64,000 bases of DNA from Octopus vulgaris (Eukaryota), in contig OX597839.1 of NCBI GenBank assembly GCA_951406725.2, positions 27,218,001-27,282,000 of the forward strand. The letters run 5' to 3'. The translations under genes were made by a program, and so were the position numbers. Positions 42,925-58,199 of the stretch are shown piece by piece (positions within the stretch are counted from its first letter, which is position 1; the number at the start of each line of letters is the position of its first letter). The notes beneath the pieces were generated by a model that was not told where the DNA came from, did no database searches, and saw only the letters and a list, made by a program, of their open reading frames with translations.

Positions 42925-43505
42925 GGTGTACTTGCATAGCAAATGACCTGATCTGAGATCGTGTGCTGGAACGAAAACAATTGCAGCGTGGAAGGTGTTT
43001 ATAAGCCATTTAAGAAACACACAAAAACCGTTAGGTTCACTTCAACATTTAAGTTTAATTTGCCAAAATATTTTCGTCGCCTCCAGACCGCGACCTCTTC
43101 ACTGACAAACTTATGTGCAGCACGGAATTTTGTCAGTGAAGAGGTCGCGGTCTCAAAACGACGGAAATATTTTGGCAAAAGGCGACGAGCCGGCAGAACC
43201 GTTAGCACGTCGGGCGAAATGCTTAGCAGTATTTCGTCTGCCGTTACATTCTGAGTTCAAATTCCGCCGAGGTCAGCTTTGCCCTTCATCCTTTCGGGGT
43301 CGATAAATTAAGTACCAGTTACGCACTGGGGTCGATATAATCGAATTAGTCCGTTTGTCTGTCCTTGTTTGTCCCCTCTATGTTTAGCCCCTTGTGGGCA
43401 ATAAAGAAATAAGGAAATATTTTGGCGAATTAAATTTAAATGTTGAAGTGAATCTAACGGTTTTTGTGTGTTTTTAAATGGCCTATAAACACCTTCTACG
43501 CTGTA
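42925..43505. mobile_element. head-to-head inverted pair of family-H3 hammerhead modules, right arm interrupted by SINE-B
   Basis: The left arm (to 43109) is mirrored by 43129-43179 plus 43413-43505; homologous to 19812-20012. Confidence 0.7.
43180..43412 (+). mobile_element. SINE family B with 17-bp TSD
   Basis: TSD ggaaatattttggc(a/g)aa at 43163-43179 and 43413-43429. Confidence 0.85.
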
Positions 43506-43561
<56 letters not shown>

Positions 43562-45230
43562 AAATGAAGAAAATGCTGACAAAATAATTTAAGTAATTTT
43601 CACCTAATTAAATTACTTAAATTACTTAAATTATTTTGTCAGCATTTTCTTCATTTCCTTTTTTATATATCACAACTCGTGTTCCACATCTCCTTTTTTA
43701 ATATATATATATATGTTTGTATATATGTATAATGTGTGTGTGTGTATGTATAAAATAATTTAAACCTGCATGTAGAAATTAAATGCAAATGAGGGAATCT
43801 TTTTAAACAAAACGGAATTGTCCTTTGAGTTTGTAGTAAGTGAAGAATTACCGAATAATTAGCTGCGAAACCTCTTCTTGCTCAGCATTGTCGTGTAACC
43901 CTTTTCCTTGTTCTCCTTAGCGAAATTTCCAGTTTTGTGCACTTGTAAAAAAAAAACAAAAACACAAAAAACAAATATCGAACTATAAAAGGAATTTTGT
44001 TTGTGTTTTTTTCTGTTTATTTTTTTTTTGTTTTTTTTTTTTACGACTCTTCAATGCAAAGTCTGTTACTGTAAATAACTTGTATTTAAAAAAAAAAGGA
44101 AAAAAACCCCAAATAAACGTAGTTTTCTATATTTTAACTTTCTTTTATTATCATTGTGTGTGTGTGTGTGTGTGTGGTCAGATTTTAAGCATTCAATATT
44201 GATGATGATGATGATGATGATTATACAATGATGACGACGCCGAAAATATTTTGGCAAAAGGCGACGAGCTGGCAGAAGCGTTAGCACGCTGGGCGAAATG
44301 CTTAGCAGTATTTCGTCTGCCGTTACGTTCTGAGTTCAAATTCCGCCGAGAGTGGGAGAGAGAAGAAATGAAGCAGGGTTGCATAGTGAGATTTTAAGCA
44401 TTCAATATTGATGATGATGATAATGATGATGATGATGATGATTATAACAATGATGACGACGCCGATAATTATGATGATGAAGATGGGTATGATTTTGATG
44501 ACAATGGTGGTAATGGTTGTTGATGATGATGATGACGATGATGATGGTAATGATGACGATGATGATGGTAATGATGAGTATGTGGATGACGATGATGATG
44601 CGTATGATGATAATGATGACGACGATGATGATGACCTCAACGATGATGGTGACGATAGTGATGATGATGATGATAATGATGAAAACGATGATGACTACGG
44701 TGATGATGATGCTGATGATGTTTGTGACGATTGAAGATAGTGATGATAATCTGTATATTTGCGATAAATGATAGCGGTCATTGCTATTTCTGGTAACAGT
44801 GGTGGTGCTGTTGAAGGTGGTAGTCATGGACATGGAGTGGTGGTGGTGGTGGTGGTATATATTTGTTGGTCGGTGGTCAACTGAATCGATGCGATGTCTT
44901 TACCAAGAACCGGTTGTCCAAAGAATTCTCCGAAGTAGCAAAGAATTTGCCATTGTGACTGTGATTACGAATTGTTTGATTCTTGCCGTTGGTTAATACC
45001 TTTTTTGTTAAATATCATTCCATTCGTCCCTTCATTATACACCCGGTTGTGTTTTACCTCACATTTACACTCTACACACAAATGAATATGCATATATATA
45101 TATAATATTATATTAAATTAGGCAAATCAAACAATGAAAAACATAAGCCAATACATAAAATTAATTAATTTATATTATTTTAAATATATATCAAAAGTAT
45201 TAAAAGTTTAATAAAAGATATTGAGTAAAA

Positions 45231-45299
45231 CACTACGATCGTTTCATGGCTGTCCAATTCGTAATAATTCGAGTTATGGTTACAGTCAATCTTCAGGTA
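45231..45299 (-). ncRNA. hammerhead-like ribozyme (family H5)
   Basis: TAC CTGAAGA TTGACTGT...ACAGCCAT GAAACGATCGT A GTG; palindromic stem III ACGATCGT, GUA triplet. Confidence 0.55.
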
Positions 45300-45326
45300 A
45301 TTGAAATATTTATCTTAGTGAGGTTT

Positions 45327-45372
<46 letters not shown>

Positions 45373-46553
45373 ATGCATAGATATAAAAGTAAATATATGT
45401 ATATGTGAATACGCACACGCACGTACATACATAAGTAACTATATATACATACACATGAAGAATTCAATGTTTCTATTGAAGCTACAGAACGAAACATTGG
45501 GAACTTGTGGATAAAAGAAGCCGTCTAATTAACAAGACCAACCCACGTAGCTGCACGTAGCTGATTGGCTATTATAGCAACGGTATCTTGCGCACGTAAA
45601 TCAGTCTTTTATATACACAAACTATAGAACAGGGAAGTCAAGTCACAATAAGACCCCTCCTGGGAAGTCTGCTACAGAGATATTGAGTATGCTTTGACAA
45701 GCTTATGGTGATGAGGCAATGGGTCGCAATGTTTTGAGTAATACAGGCGCTTCAAAAGCGGAAGAACGTTCCTGAAAGTTCTTCCGTGTTTAGCATGTAT
45801 GTACATATGTGCACAGGTAGATATCTGTATGCGTGTGTGTGTGAGTTCGTATCTAATGACTGAGAAGAAAAACCAAACCATGACATCTGAAGACATTCCA
45901 AGAATCTACAAATTCTGAAACGTGACAAGAAAGAAAGAAAGAGAGAAGCAGGAAGTTAAGAGAAGAAAAAATTAAACGCGAAAATAGCGAACCACAAACA
46001 CAAATACCCCCCACCCCCACCCCCACAAAAAACAAAAAAGACTAATAATACAAACTGTTCGCCGAAGAAAAACAGCACAAAATGAGGTTAATGAATGCAA
46101 CCGATTATTTTTCAAAATTTATTGTTGATGTTTATGTTGTTGTTTTTTTGTTATTATTGTTGGCAATTGATTTTTGTTTTAATGTTTTTTTTAATAAACA
46201 ATAATTATAAAAGATGATGATGATGATAATGATGATGATGATGATTATGAAGAAGAGGATGAGAATGATGAGGATAATAATAAGGATGATAATAACAATC
46301 CTTTCTACTAAAAGCGCAAGGCCTGAAATTTTGGGGGAGGGGAGGGGAGGGCAGTCGATTAGATCGACTCCAGTATGCATCTGGTACTTAATTTATCGAC
46401 CCCCACCCACCCCCGAAAGAATGTGAGGCAAAGTCGACCTCAACGGAATTTGAACTCAGAACGTAAGACAGACTAAATACCGCTGAGCATTTACTCCAGC
46501 GTGCTAGCGATTCTGCCGGGCCGCCGCCTTAATAACAACAACAACAACAACAA

Positions 46554-46587
<34 letters not shown>

Positions 46588-46591
<4 letters not shown>

Positions 46592-46980
46592 TTTACTCTT
46601 TTACTTGTTTCAGTCATTTTGACTGCGGCCATGCTGGAGCACCGCCTTTAGTCGAGCAGCTCGACCCCGGGACTTATTCTTTTTGTAAGCCCAGTACTTA
46701 TTCTATCGGTCTCTTTTTGCCGAACCGCTAAGTAACGGGGACGTAAAAAGACCAGCATCGGTTGTCAAGCAATGCTAGGGGAACAAACACAGACACACAA
46801 ACACACACACATACATATATACGACAGGCTTCTTTCAGTTTCCGTCTACCAAATCCACTCACAAGGCATTGGTCGGCCCGGGGCTATAGCAGAAGACACT
46901 TCCCCAAGATGCCACGCAGTGGGATTGAACCCGGAACCATGTGGCTGGTTAGCAAGCTACTTACCACACAGCCACTCCTA
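46588..46980 (-). mobile_element. SINE family A, full length
   Basis: Same as the 7326 copy. Confidence 0.85.
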
Positions 46981-46999
46981 ATAATAATAATAATAATAA

Positions 47000-47231
47000 A
47001 TTTCTTTATTGCCCACAAGGGGCTAAATATAGAGGGGACAAACAAGGACAGACAAAGGGATTAAGTCGATTACATCGACCCCAGTGCGAAACTGGTATTT
47101 TATTTATCGACCCCGAAAGGATGAAAGGCAAAGTCGACCTCGGCGGAATTTGAACTCAGAACGTAACGGCAGATGAAATACTGCTGAGTATTTCGCCCGG
47201 TGCGCTAACGTTTCTGCCAGCTCGCCGCCTA
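47000..47231 (-). mobile_element. SINE family B
   Basis: Reverse complement of 43180-43412. Confidence 0.8.
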
Positions 47232-47700
47232 AGCTAATAAACCGGTTATTATTATAAAAGATCAGACTAAAAGGTTGTGTTTATTAATTGACATGAGTAT
47301 TCCTTGCGATCAAAATATAGTGGCGAAAAATTTGACAAGATCAGTAAATATAAAGACTTGCTAATAGAAATTGAAAAAATGTGGCATCTCAAGGCATCTA
47401 CAGTACCAGTGATTGTAGGAGCTCTGGGAAAGATAAAGAAAGGTACTGAAATCTATTTGAAAAGGATACCAGGCTTACCATCCCAACAGGAAGTGCAAAA
47501 AATCGTGTTAACTGGAACGGCTCATGTACTGAGAAGAGCATTATCACTGTGAAATTCATGAATTTATTAATTTATTTAAATACATATTTTTACCTGTGAA
47601 TTTGCGTGTGTAATCTGGTAATGCATACAATAAGCTTCTCTGCCCTAGGTGTACGGAAAACACCCGGCGAGAAACGGAAGAAAATTTGAAGAAAGAAAGA
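47232..47700 (+). mobile_element. R4/Dong-like LINE 3' end, same family as 17137
   Basis: ...KFDKISKYKDLLIEIEKMWHLKASTVPVIVGALG...VQKIVLTGTAHVLRRALSL*, followed by (AAT)n. Confidence 0.85.
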
Positions 47701-47714
47701 ATAATAATAATGAC

Positions 47715-47762
<48 letters not shown>

Positions 47763-48058
47763 TGTATAATTGTCTAAGACTATTTGTTTGAGGAGTGAAA
47801 GGAGAACGCTTGCCGAGTATTTGATAAATAGTAACGAAGATCTGCTGCAAGATACCGGGACCCATATTATTATTGATAATTCTAAATGCTGTAGGTAGAA
47901 CGATGGTGGTAATGATAATCTCTGTGGTTATGGAGGGAGACACAGGTTTATATGTTTATGTACATACTAGGAAAGAAAAAGGTCAATAAATACTTGCCAT
48001 TACATTTTTAATCAACCAAATATGAACCATTGTGTTGCACAATGCGTCTCCGTCTTGA

Positions 48059-49132
<1,074 letters not shown>

Positions 49133-49726
49133 ACATTGAAAACCAGGTACACGCTACAAAATCAACACTCCTGCTTACTAGTATGAACATCATCCTGAGC
49201 CAGTCGTTGAAGGTAATAATGTCACTATCGTCTGGGATTTTCCAGTCAACATCGACAGGCTAATCGACCAGACATAGTCATTAAAGACATATATAAGTGT
49301 TCCCACTGATAAAAATATATCTGAAAAGAAATTTGAAAAATTAAATAAATATAACGACCTGGAAATTGAAATACAAAATACGTGGCATCTTAAAGCGAGA
49401 ACTGTTCCTGTTACTGTGGTTGCGCTAGGTATGATAAGAAAGAGATGTCAAAAACATCTAGATGATAGCCCAGGATAACCATGTCTCAGAGAAATCCAAG
49501 AGATTGTGTTAACAAGTATTGCACATACCCTTAGAAAAAACCCTATCAATTTAAATGTCTGTGTTGTATTAGATGCAGATATTTCGCTACTGCCCCTGCC
49601 ATTTCCACGCCCCAAGCTTCTATTTCAGTCATACTGTAACATCTCTTAACCTTCACTCGCCCTAGGACGTTGGGTGTGTTTCGGCAAGTGATTGTAACAA
49701 ACATCCAAATTAGAAATGAATAAATG

Positions 49727-49799
<73 letters not shown>

Positions 49800-49801
49800 T
49801 A

Positions 49802-49952
49802 AGGGTGGAGCACTTGCAGAAAACAGCACTGCTTGGAACCGCTCGAATACTCCTGAAGGTACTCGAAATATAAGATGTGTTACCTTAGTTCATTGGTAGT
49901 GAACAGCTGTCACCGTAGTTCACCTCCAGCGTTAGGAGCTGTGCAAAGACAG
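49802..49952 (+). mobile_element. extreme 3' end of a third R4/Dong-like family inside (AAT)n
   Basis: VEHLQKTALLGTARILLKVLEI* plus a short UTR, with (AAT)n on both sides. Confidence 0.7.
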
Positions 49953-49957
49953 TAATG

Positions 49958-50033
<76 letters not shown>

Positions 50034-50401
50034 GGATAATAACAACTTCTACTAAAAGCTCTAGACATGAAATTTGAGGGGAGTGTTCGTCTGGTACTTA
50101 ATCTATCGACACGGAAAGGATGAAAGGCAAAGTCGACCTCGGCGGAATTTGAACTCAGAGCGTAGCGACGAACGAAATACTGCTGGGCATTTCGTCCGGC
50201 ATGCTAACAATTCTGGGAGAATGTTGCCAGTTAAACATTTTTGCAAAAAGTGTAGTTAGCTTTCTCTTCCTCTTTCTATCTTTCTCTCTCTCCTCCTCTC
50301 GCTACACCTCTCTCTCTCTCTCTATGTGAGAGTGCCGCTTTATGCATACATACATAAAAAAAACATATACTTATTTATTTATACACACACACACACTCAC
50401 A

Positions 50402-50437
<36 letters not shown>

Positions 50438-50588
50438 CACACACATACATATATATATACATTTAAATACATATATCATATATATATATATATATATCAT
50501 ATATATATATGTATATATATATATGTATATATATATCATATATATACATATATATACATATATATACATATATGTATATATATGTATA

Positions 50589-50672
<84 letters not shown>

Positions 50673-50690
50673 GTATGTAGGTATGTATAT

Positions 50691-50738
<48 letters not shown>

Positions 50739-50868
50739 ACATGTATTCATTTTCACTCCGTAGAAAAACAGACGTGACAAAGATTCAAAGACTAACATAC
50801 ACACACACACAGACACATATATATGTGTCGGTGATTTACATATGTATGAGTATGTATACACATGTAAT

Positions 50869-50904
<36 letters not shown>

Positions 50905-51144
50905 CTGATGTGTACGTGTAGAGTATATTTTGTGCTGTTGGAGAAGGCTGTGAAATAAAATAAAACGCTCGGGAAGCAAAGAGCGATGACCTGGCAGCTC
51001 CGGCATAATGACGGATAGGAGAGAAGCTGGAGGTTCCTCGAAGACAATGACTTCTGTGGCGGTGATCGGCCAGGCCATTACCTCTGTGTGTGTGTGTGTT
51101 TGAGTGTGTGTGTGTGTGCGCGTGTGTTTTTGTGCGTGTGAGTT

Positions 51145-51219
<75 letters not shown>

Positions 51220-52081
51220 GTATATATATATGTATTTTCTATTTATATTTATCTATCTATCTATCTCTCTTTTTCTCTCCTTTTCTCCCTCCTTCTCCCT
51301 CTCTCTATGTATACACACACATATATAATTGCTTTGAGAAAGAATATGATGAATAAGATATTCTCTCCCAAACTGAAGCTAACTACATATATATATATAT
51401 ATATATCTCTATATATCCCTCCTCTCTCTCTCTCTCTCTCTCTCTTCCTTTGCTTCTCTTTCTTTTCTTTTCCTCTTCTCTGTCATGATAAATCTGCCTT
51501 TCATCCTGACCCTCGTCGTGTTATATATATAAGGCTTTTCCATTGCGCCAGAGAAAAAATTTGTTTGCTTGTTATATATATAATGCTTCTGTATTTCATG
51601 TTTCTGTATTCCATTATTGTTTTTTGTTTTTTTATATCTGTCCCTTTTGCTGTCCTGGTGTTCGTATGCATTCGATCCTTCTTCCAGGAAATCTACGCTT
51701 CTAGCTTAGTTTTTCTAATGCTCGTTGCTTAGTTTTTCTTGGAGGGCTGGCCGTGATCTAGTAATCTCAAGATTAATCAGCCGGAATTACTACGATGATC
51801 CGGTTCTTGACTGAAGACTGAGGGTTTCGAATGTCCTGTCCGTGTTTATTGTATCGTCTTCTAAGAGTTATACGTTCTTGTCCATGTTGTATTTTTCTAC
51901 ATACCTTAATATATATATATATACATACATACATATAATACATATATATATATATATATACATACACACACATATATATATGTATGTATGTATATATATA
52001 TATATGGAAAAAATCAAGATATATATACTTACATATATATATATATTGATATTTTTTCATATATATACACATACAAACATT

Positions 52082-52122
<41 letters not shown>

Positions 52123-52338
52123 ACAGATGAAGATGAAGCAATCATCATATATATATATTATAATTTAGTTTAGCAACCGGTGTCAAGATGGAAAAAGAAT
52201 GACAAAATCAAGACACAATTGAAAGCACATCGTGACCAGCAGTGTATAACAGCACTTGATATTCTAGTCGACAATGTGATACTGTCATACATACATACAT
52301 ACATACATACATACATACATACATACATACATACATAC

Positions 52339-52390
<52 letters not shown>

Positions 52391-52454
52391 TTTTATAAAA
52401 TTTATGAATAAATGAAAGAATGGAGTTGAACGACAAATTAACAAATTTCCTTTA

Positions 52455-52537
52455 TTTTCGACATATGTTTCGAAGGTTGCATATTCCTAATTGTGGAGGA
52501 ATAAGGAGTACATTATGCCGCTTTCTCATCAGGAAAA
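52455..52537 (-). ncRNA. type-I hammerhead-like ribozyme with extended stem II (family H4)
   Basis: TTTTC CTGATGA GAAAG...CCTTC GAA ACATATGT C GAAAA: perfect 5-bp stem I, canonical core, palindromic stem III, GUC triplet. Confidence 0.75.
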
Positions 52538-53233
52538 GCAAAGAATTTATGTCAACATCAAGATTCACAAAAACTTTTAGATGACTGCTCTCACGGAGCG
52601 CATAGCGATAATGAGTGTCTCTTTAATATTCCTTTATAAGGAGTCTTCGAAACATATGTCGAAAATAAAGGAAATTTGTTAATTTGTCGTTCAACTCCAT
52701 TCTTTCATTTATTCATAAATTTTATAAAAAATACACACAAATTTCCACACGAAAACACGTAGTCTCTGCCCTAGGCACGTAACTTCAACCGTGTTATTTC
52801 TGATGTGAATTTGCTACCCAGGTATCGGTTAAACGAATTATCCATAAAAAGATATTTCATTTTTCTACCTACATATATATATGCGTATATCTCTTATGAT
52901 ATATATATAAATAGAGAAAAACCACTATTATGCAATTCAAACAATGATAGACATAAACCAAATATAGAGAAAAAATAAAATATATTATAAAACATATAAC
53001 TAGATCACAAAATGTAGAAAAAATGAATAAACAATATATAGTAAGTAATATATAATAAGTATATAATAAGTAATATTTATATATATATATAATTATTTTA
53101 GAAAAAATAGATAAGTAAATGAGTGGAAATCGAACCAGTGAATGTGTTAAATTAATAAGGTACTGAAAGAGAATGACAACAAAATATGTTTCGACACACA
53201 TAAAGAATCTTGAAAAGCAAATACAAAAATGAT

Positions 53234-53270
<37 letters not shown>

Positions 53271-53462
53271 CTGTATGTCATCTCTAAATTTCCGACTGAG
53301 TTCATTGCCTCATGATGCTGTTTTTCTCACAGACGGTGCCCAACTGTCCCTACTATACTGTGTAGTCGACAAAATCTAAAACAGAAAATGCGCATGCGCA
53401 AAATAAAAAATATAAAATCATGACATTTTACCCTGTATATATATACGTGTGTGTGTGTGTGT

Positions 53463-53500
<38 letters not shown>

Positions 53501-53608
53501 ACACGTATGTGTGCGTGGTTCAAAGAAAACCATGAACAGAAGACAGAGACATGTGAGGGACCAACAAATAGGGTGTTTTAGTTTGACGCTCAAGAAAAAT
53601 GAAAGAGT

Positions 53609-53644
53609 CTTTGACGTTTCGAGCCTAAACTCTTCTTCAGAAAC
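53609..53644 (-). ncRNA. minimal hammerhead-like ribozyme (family H2)
   Basis: GTTT CTGAAGA A GAGT TTAG GCTC GAAAC GTC AAAG; canonical core, GUC triplet. Confidence 0.68.
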
Positions 53645-54504
53645 AAATAAGGAAAGAAAACAGATGAAGAAAGAAAAGGAAAAAAGGCGATTGAGATGGA
53701 AGGTGAAACGGGGGACGTAGCGAGCAACAAAGGCAGTGCAGCAGGAGACAAAATGGTGTTGTACTGACGATCGCTGGATCGCGGGTTCTATTCCCAAACT
53801 GCGCTGTGCATTGTGTTCCTGAGCAAGACACTTAATCTCACGTTACTCCAGTTTACTCAACCGTAAATGGGTAAGAATAAACAGAATGGTTATTTCGGGT
53901 TGGTTCTGCTGCACAGTTTCCCTTTTCGAACTCATAAAGCATCACGTGCTTAAATGCTCCTTCGATACGGCCATCTTTGAAGGGTTAATATTAGTAATTA
54001 ATTAACTCAGATTATTCTGTAAAAAGAAATTACTTTAAGTTAAAGGTTTCCAAATTCATATGAGTATCAATGAATATTACTTGACATTTTAGAATACTGT
54101 AAACTTTGATACAAATCACATATGTGATATTTCGGACGTTATTTATGAGGTAACCAGATACGTAGGGTAACTGCAACCATCCCTCTGCAATCATATAAAA
54201 AAACTAGGTAAATAACAGAAGCATCCAATCTATTTTGCAGCAGGGACATATTCAATAAAGCAGCGACCTACTATAATCATGCATCAATTAGAAGTGGTTT
54301 TCAAGATTAAAAAAAACAACCAACCTAAAGCACAAAGAAAAAATACAGGAATAAGAAAAGAAAGCTTTAAAAATGAATCGAAGGGGGGTAAAAGGTTTTA
54401 TTTATTTCAGGTGATGTTTCCGGTCATTTCTAGAGAGGTATAATGGGAGCTTTTCCAGGTTGAAGTTACCCGAAATGCACCGGATAAATATCACAAAGGT
54501 TATA

Positions 54505-55625
54505 TCACCACCACCGCTGCCGTCAACGCCACCGCCACCACGCCCAACTTCAGCATTAACGCCGCCACCGTTACCACCACCACGCCACCACTACACCACC
54601 ACCACAACCACCACCAAACCTCACCACCACACCACACCACCACCAACACCACCACACCATACCTCCACCACACCACACCACCACCACCACATCACCACCA
54701 CCACACCACCACCAGCACACCACCACTAACACCTTACCACACCACCACACCATACCACCACCACCAACAACAACCACACCACGACCACCACATCAGCAGC
54801 ACCATAACCATACCACACCAGCACACCACCACCGCCACCTTACCACACCACCACCACCACACCATACCACCACCACCACACCACCACCACCACCACCAAC
54901 CAACAACAACCACACCACGACCACCACATCAGCAGCACCACCACCATAACCACACCACACCACCACCACCACCACACCACCACACCACCACCACCACCAC
55001 CACCACCACCACACCACCACCACCACCACACCACCACCACACCACCACTAACACCACCACCACCACTGCACCACCACCACACCATACCACCACCACCACA
55101 TCACCACCACCACCACCACCACACCATACCACCACCACCACCACCACACCACACCACCACCACCACTACCACCACACCATCACTAACACCAGTCCACCAC
55201 CACACCACCACCACCACCACCACCACCATACCACCACTACACCTCCACCTCCACCTCCACCACCACATCACACTACCAACACCACCACCACCACACCACA
55301 CCACCACCACCACCATACCACCACTACCACACCACACCACCACCAACACCACCACCACCACACCACACCACCACCACCACCACCACCACCACCACCACCA
55401 CCACCACCACCACCACCACCACCACCACCACCGCCGCCACCACCGCCGACCACCGTCAACAACAACAACAACAACAATACTACAGCCGCCACCACCACCG
55501 GCGCCGGCGCGACTAATGATGTAACATGTACGACAAACAACAAAACCAAAAACAACAGCAGTAGCAATAACAACAACAACAACAACAACAACAACAATAA
55601 CAACAACAACAACAAAAACAACAAC
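54505..55625. repeat. (CAC/CA)n and (CAA)n low-complexity tract
   Basis: Read directly from the sequence. Confidence 0.9.
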
Positions 55626-55950
55626 ATTTAATTTAATTTTTTCGGATATGATTTTAATTTAACAATCACAAAATTTCTATAAAACTCAAAATTCCTAAAA
55701 CGTTGAACATTTGTTCAGCTTTTCGAGCATTCGACATAAATCAACGAACGACAGATTAAATATTCCTTTTTATTACTTTTTTTAAAATTGAATTCTTGTC
55801 AGAAAACTGAATATTGAAATTAAATTAACAGAATTAACAAAATAATAATAATAATAGACAACAAATTGTTTTTCACATTCATTATGTTTTAATTTTAATT
55901 TTCAGATTTAATTGTCTGTGGGAAATAAATATGAAATACCAACAGATTAT

Positions 55951-56116
55951 TGGAGTGGCTGTGTGGTAAGTAGCTTGCTTACCAACCACATGGTACAGGG
56001 TTCAGTCCCACTGCGTGGCATCTTGGGCAAGTGTCTTCTTCTAAAGCCTCGGGCCGACCAAAGCCTTGGGAGTGGATTTGGTAGACGGAAACTAAAAGGT
56101 GCCTGTCGTATATATG

Positions 56117-56161
<45 letters not shown>

Positions 56162-56523
56162 TTGTCCCCCTAGCATTGCTTGACAACCGATGCTGGTGTG
56201 TTTACGTCCCCGTCAATTGGCGGTTCGGCAAAAGAGACCGATAGAATAAGTACTGGGCTTACAAAGAATATGTCCTGGGGTCGATTTGCTCGACTAAAGG
56301 CGGTGCTGCAGCATGGCCGCAGTCAAATGACTGAAACAAGTAAAAGAAAAAGAGAGGGAGATTATTGGTGTGGCTGTGTGGTAAGAAGCTTGCTTCCCAA
56401 CCACATGGTTCCGGGTTCAGTTCCACTGCGTGGCACCTTGGGCAAGTGTCTTTTACTATAGCCTCGGGCCGACCAAAGCCTGGTGAGTGGATTTGGTAGA
56501 CGGAAACTGAAAGAAGCCCGTCG

Positions 56524-56574
<51 letters not shown>

Positions 56575-56755
56575 TTGTTGTTTGTGTCTGTTTTTGTCCC
56601 ACCCCCAACATCGCTTGACAACCGATGCTGATATGTTTACGTCTCCGTAATCTAGCGGTTCGGCAAAAGAGAACGATAGAATAAGTACTGGGCTTACAAA
56701 GAATAAAGGCGGTGCTCCAGCATGGCCGCAGCCAGATTAATGAAACATATAAAAG
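55951..56755 (+). mobile_element. two tandem SINE family A copies
   Basis: Heads at about 55951 and 56366, each followed by body and tail. Confidence 0.85.
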
Positions 56756-56762
56756 AATATAA

Positions 56763-56806
<44 letters not shown>

Positions 56807-57094
56807 CACGTGGCTTAGTGATTGGGGTATTGTTCGCGAGATCGTGGTTTCAATTCCTAGAGCGGGTGGTGTGTTGTGTTCTTGAGCAAAATACCTTCGC
56901 ATTGTGCACTTTATTTTATCGACCCCGGTACTTGACTGGTGTTTTATTTCATCTACCCTGAATGGATGACAGGCAAAGTCGACCTCATCGGAATTTGAAC
57001 TCACAACCTTCCAATTAATGTTGGCTTTAGATTTTGGTACAGGGCCAGCAGTTGTTGATAAAGGTACAAGTTGGTTAGATTGACCTCCGTTCTT

Positions 57095-57540
57095 GGCTGA
57101 TACTTCATTTTATCGACCCCGAAAGGATGAAAGGCAAGGTCGACCTCAGCGGAATTTGAACTCAGAACGTAGCGGCAGACGAAATACCTATTTCTTTATT
57201 GCCCACAAGGGGCTAAACATAGAGGCGATATAAACAAGGACAGACAGATGGATTAAGTCGATTATATCGACTTCAGTGCGTAACTGGTACTTAATTTATC
57301 GGACCCGAAAGGAATGAAAGGCAAGGTCGACCTCGGCGGAATTTGAACTCAGAACATAGCGGCAGACGAAATACAGCCACGCATTTCGCCCGGCGTGCTA
57401 ACGATTCTGCCAGCTCGCCGCCTTAGGTTAATTAATATTCTTTTCTACTCTAGACACAAGGGCTGAAATACTGGGGTAGGTGGCCAGTCGAATAGATCGA
57501 TCCCAGTACGCAACTGGTACCTAATTTATCGACCCCGAAA
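57095..57540 (-). mobile_element. cluster of SINE family B copies and fragments
   Basis: Repeated atcgaccccgaaaggatgaaaggcaaggtcgacc...tttgaactcagaac. Confidence 0.75.
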
Positions 57541-57792
57541 CCGTTCTGAGCGAACGGTTTCTTATACGGCTGTGATTTACAACCCTGTAAATAATAATAA
57601 TAGTAGTTTTATATAAGCTTAAAGCTTATGGCGATCGCCGTACAATGACTAAAGAAAATGTCTAAATAAAGGGTTATATAAACCCTCGACAGAAAAAAGA
57701 TGGCTTATATGCTCCTTTATTAGACTATTTTCTTGAGTCATTGCACTCCAGCATGGCCGCAGCATGGCTGAAACATTTTTAAGGATTTAAGG

Positions 57793-57912
<120 letters not shown>

Positions 57913-58199
57913 GTATATATATGTATATAATATAGGAGCCGTAAAATTTCTGACCGGAACAAGAGCCGTCCCATAATTCTTGAGTTAGCCAGCTGAAATG
58001 GTGGAATAGCCTGAAGGTAAGCTTGAATATTTTTTATCCAAAACATCTGTTTGCACTGTTATATTTTTGGAGTGTTCTGAAAACAAAAATATTATCTATG
58101 TTCTATTTCTTATTTCGGAAGTAGCTAATTAATCTTAAATTAATTTAACTAAGGGTATTTTTCCATTTTGTTGAAATTCACTTACAATTTACGCAGACG

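Noticed and set aside
50836-51078. 80-aa minus-strand ORF in GC-richer unique sequence
   Set aside because: No recognisable domain or convincing splice sites, and it runs into (GT)n.
51795-51845. Hammerhead at CTGAAGA...CGAA
   Set aside because: No GAAA-stem III-NUH arrangement and no stem I pairing.
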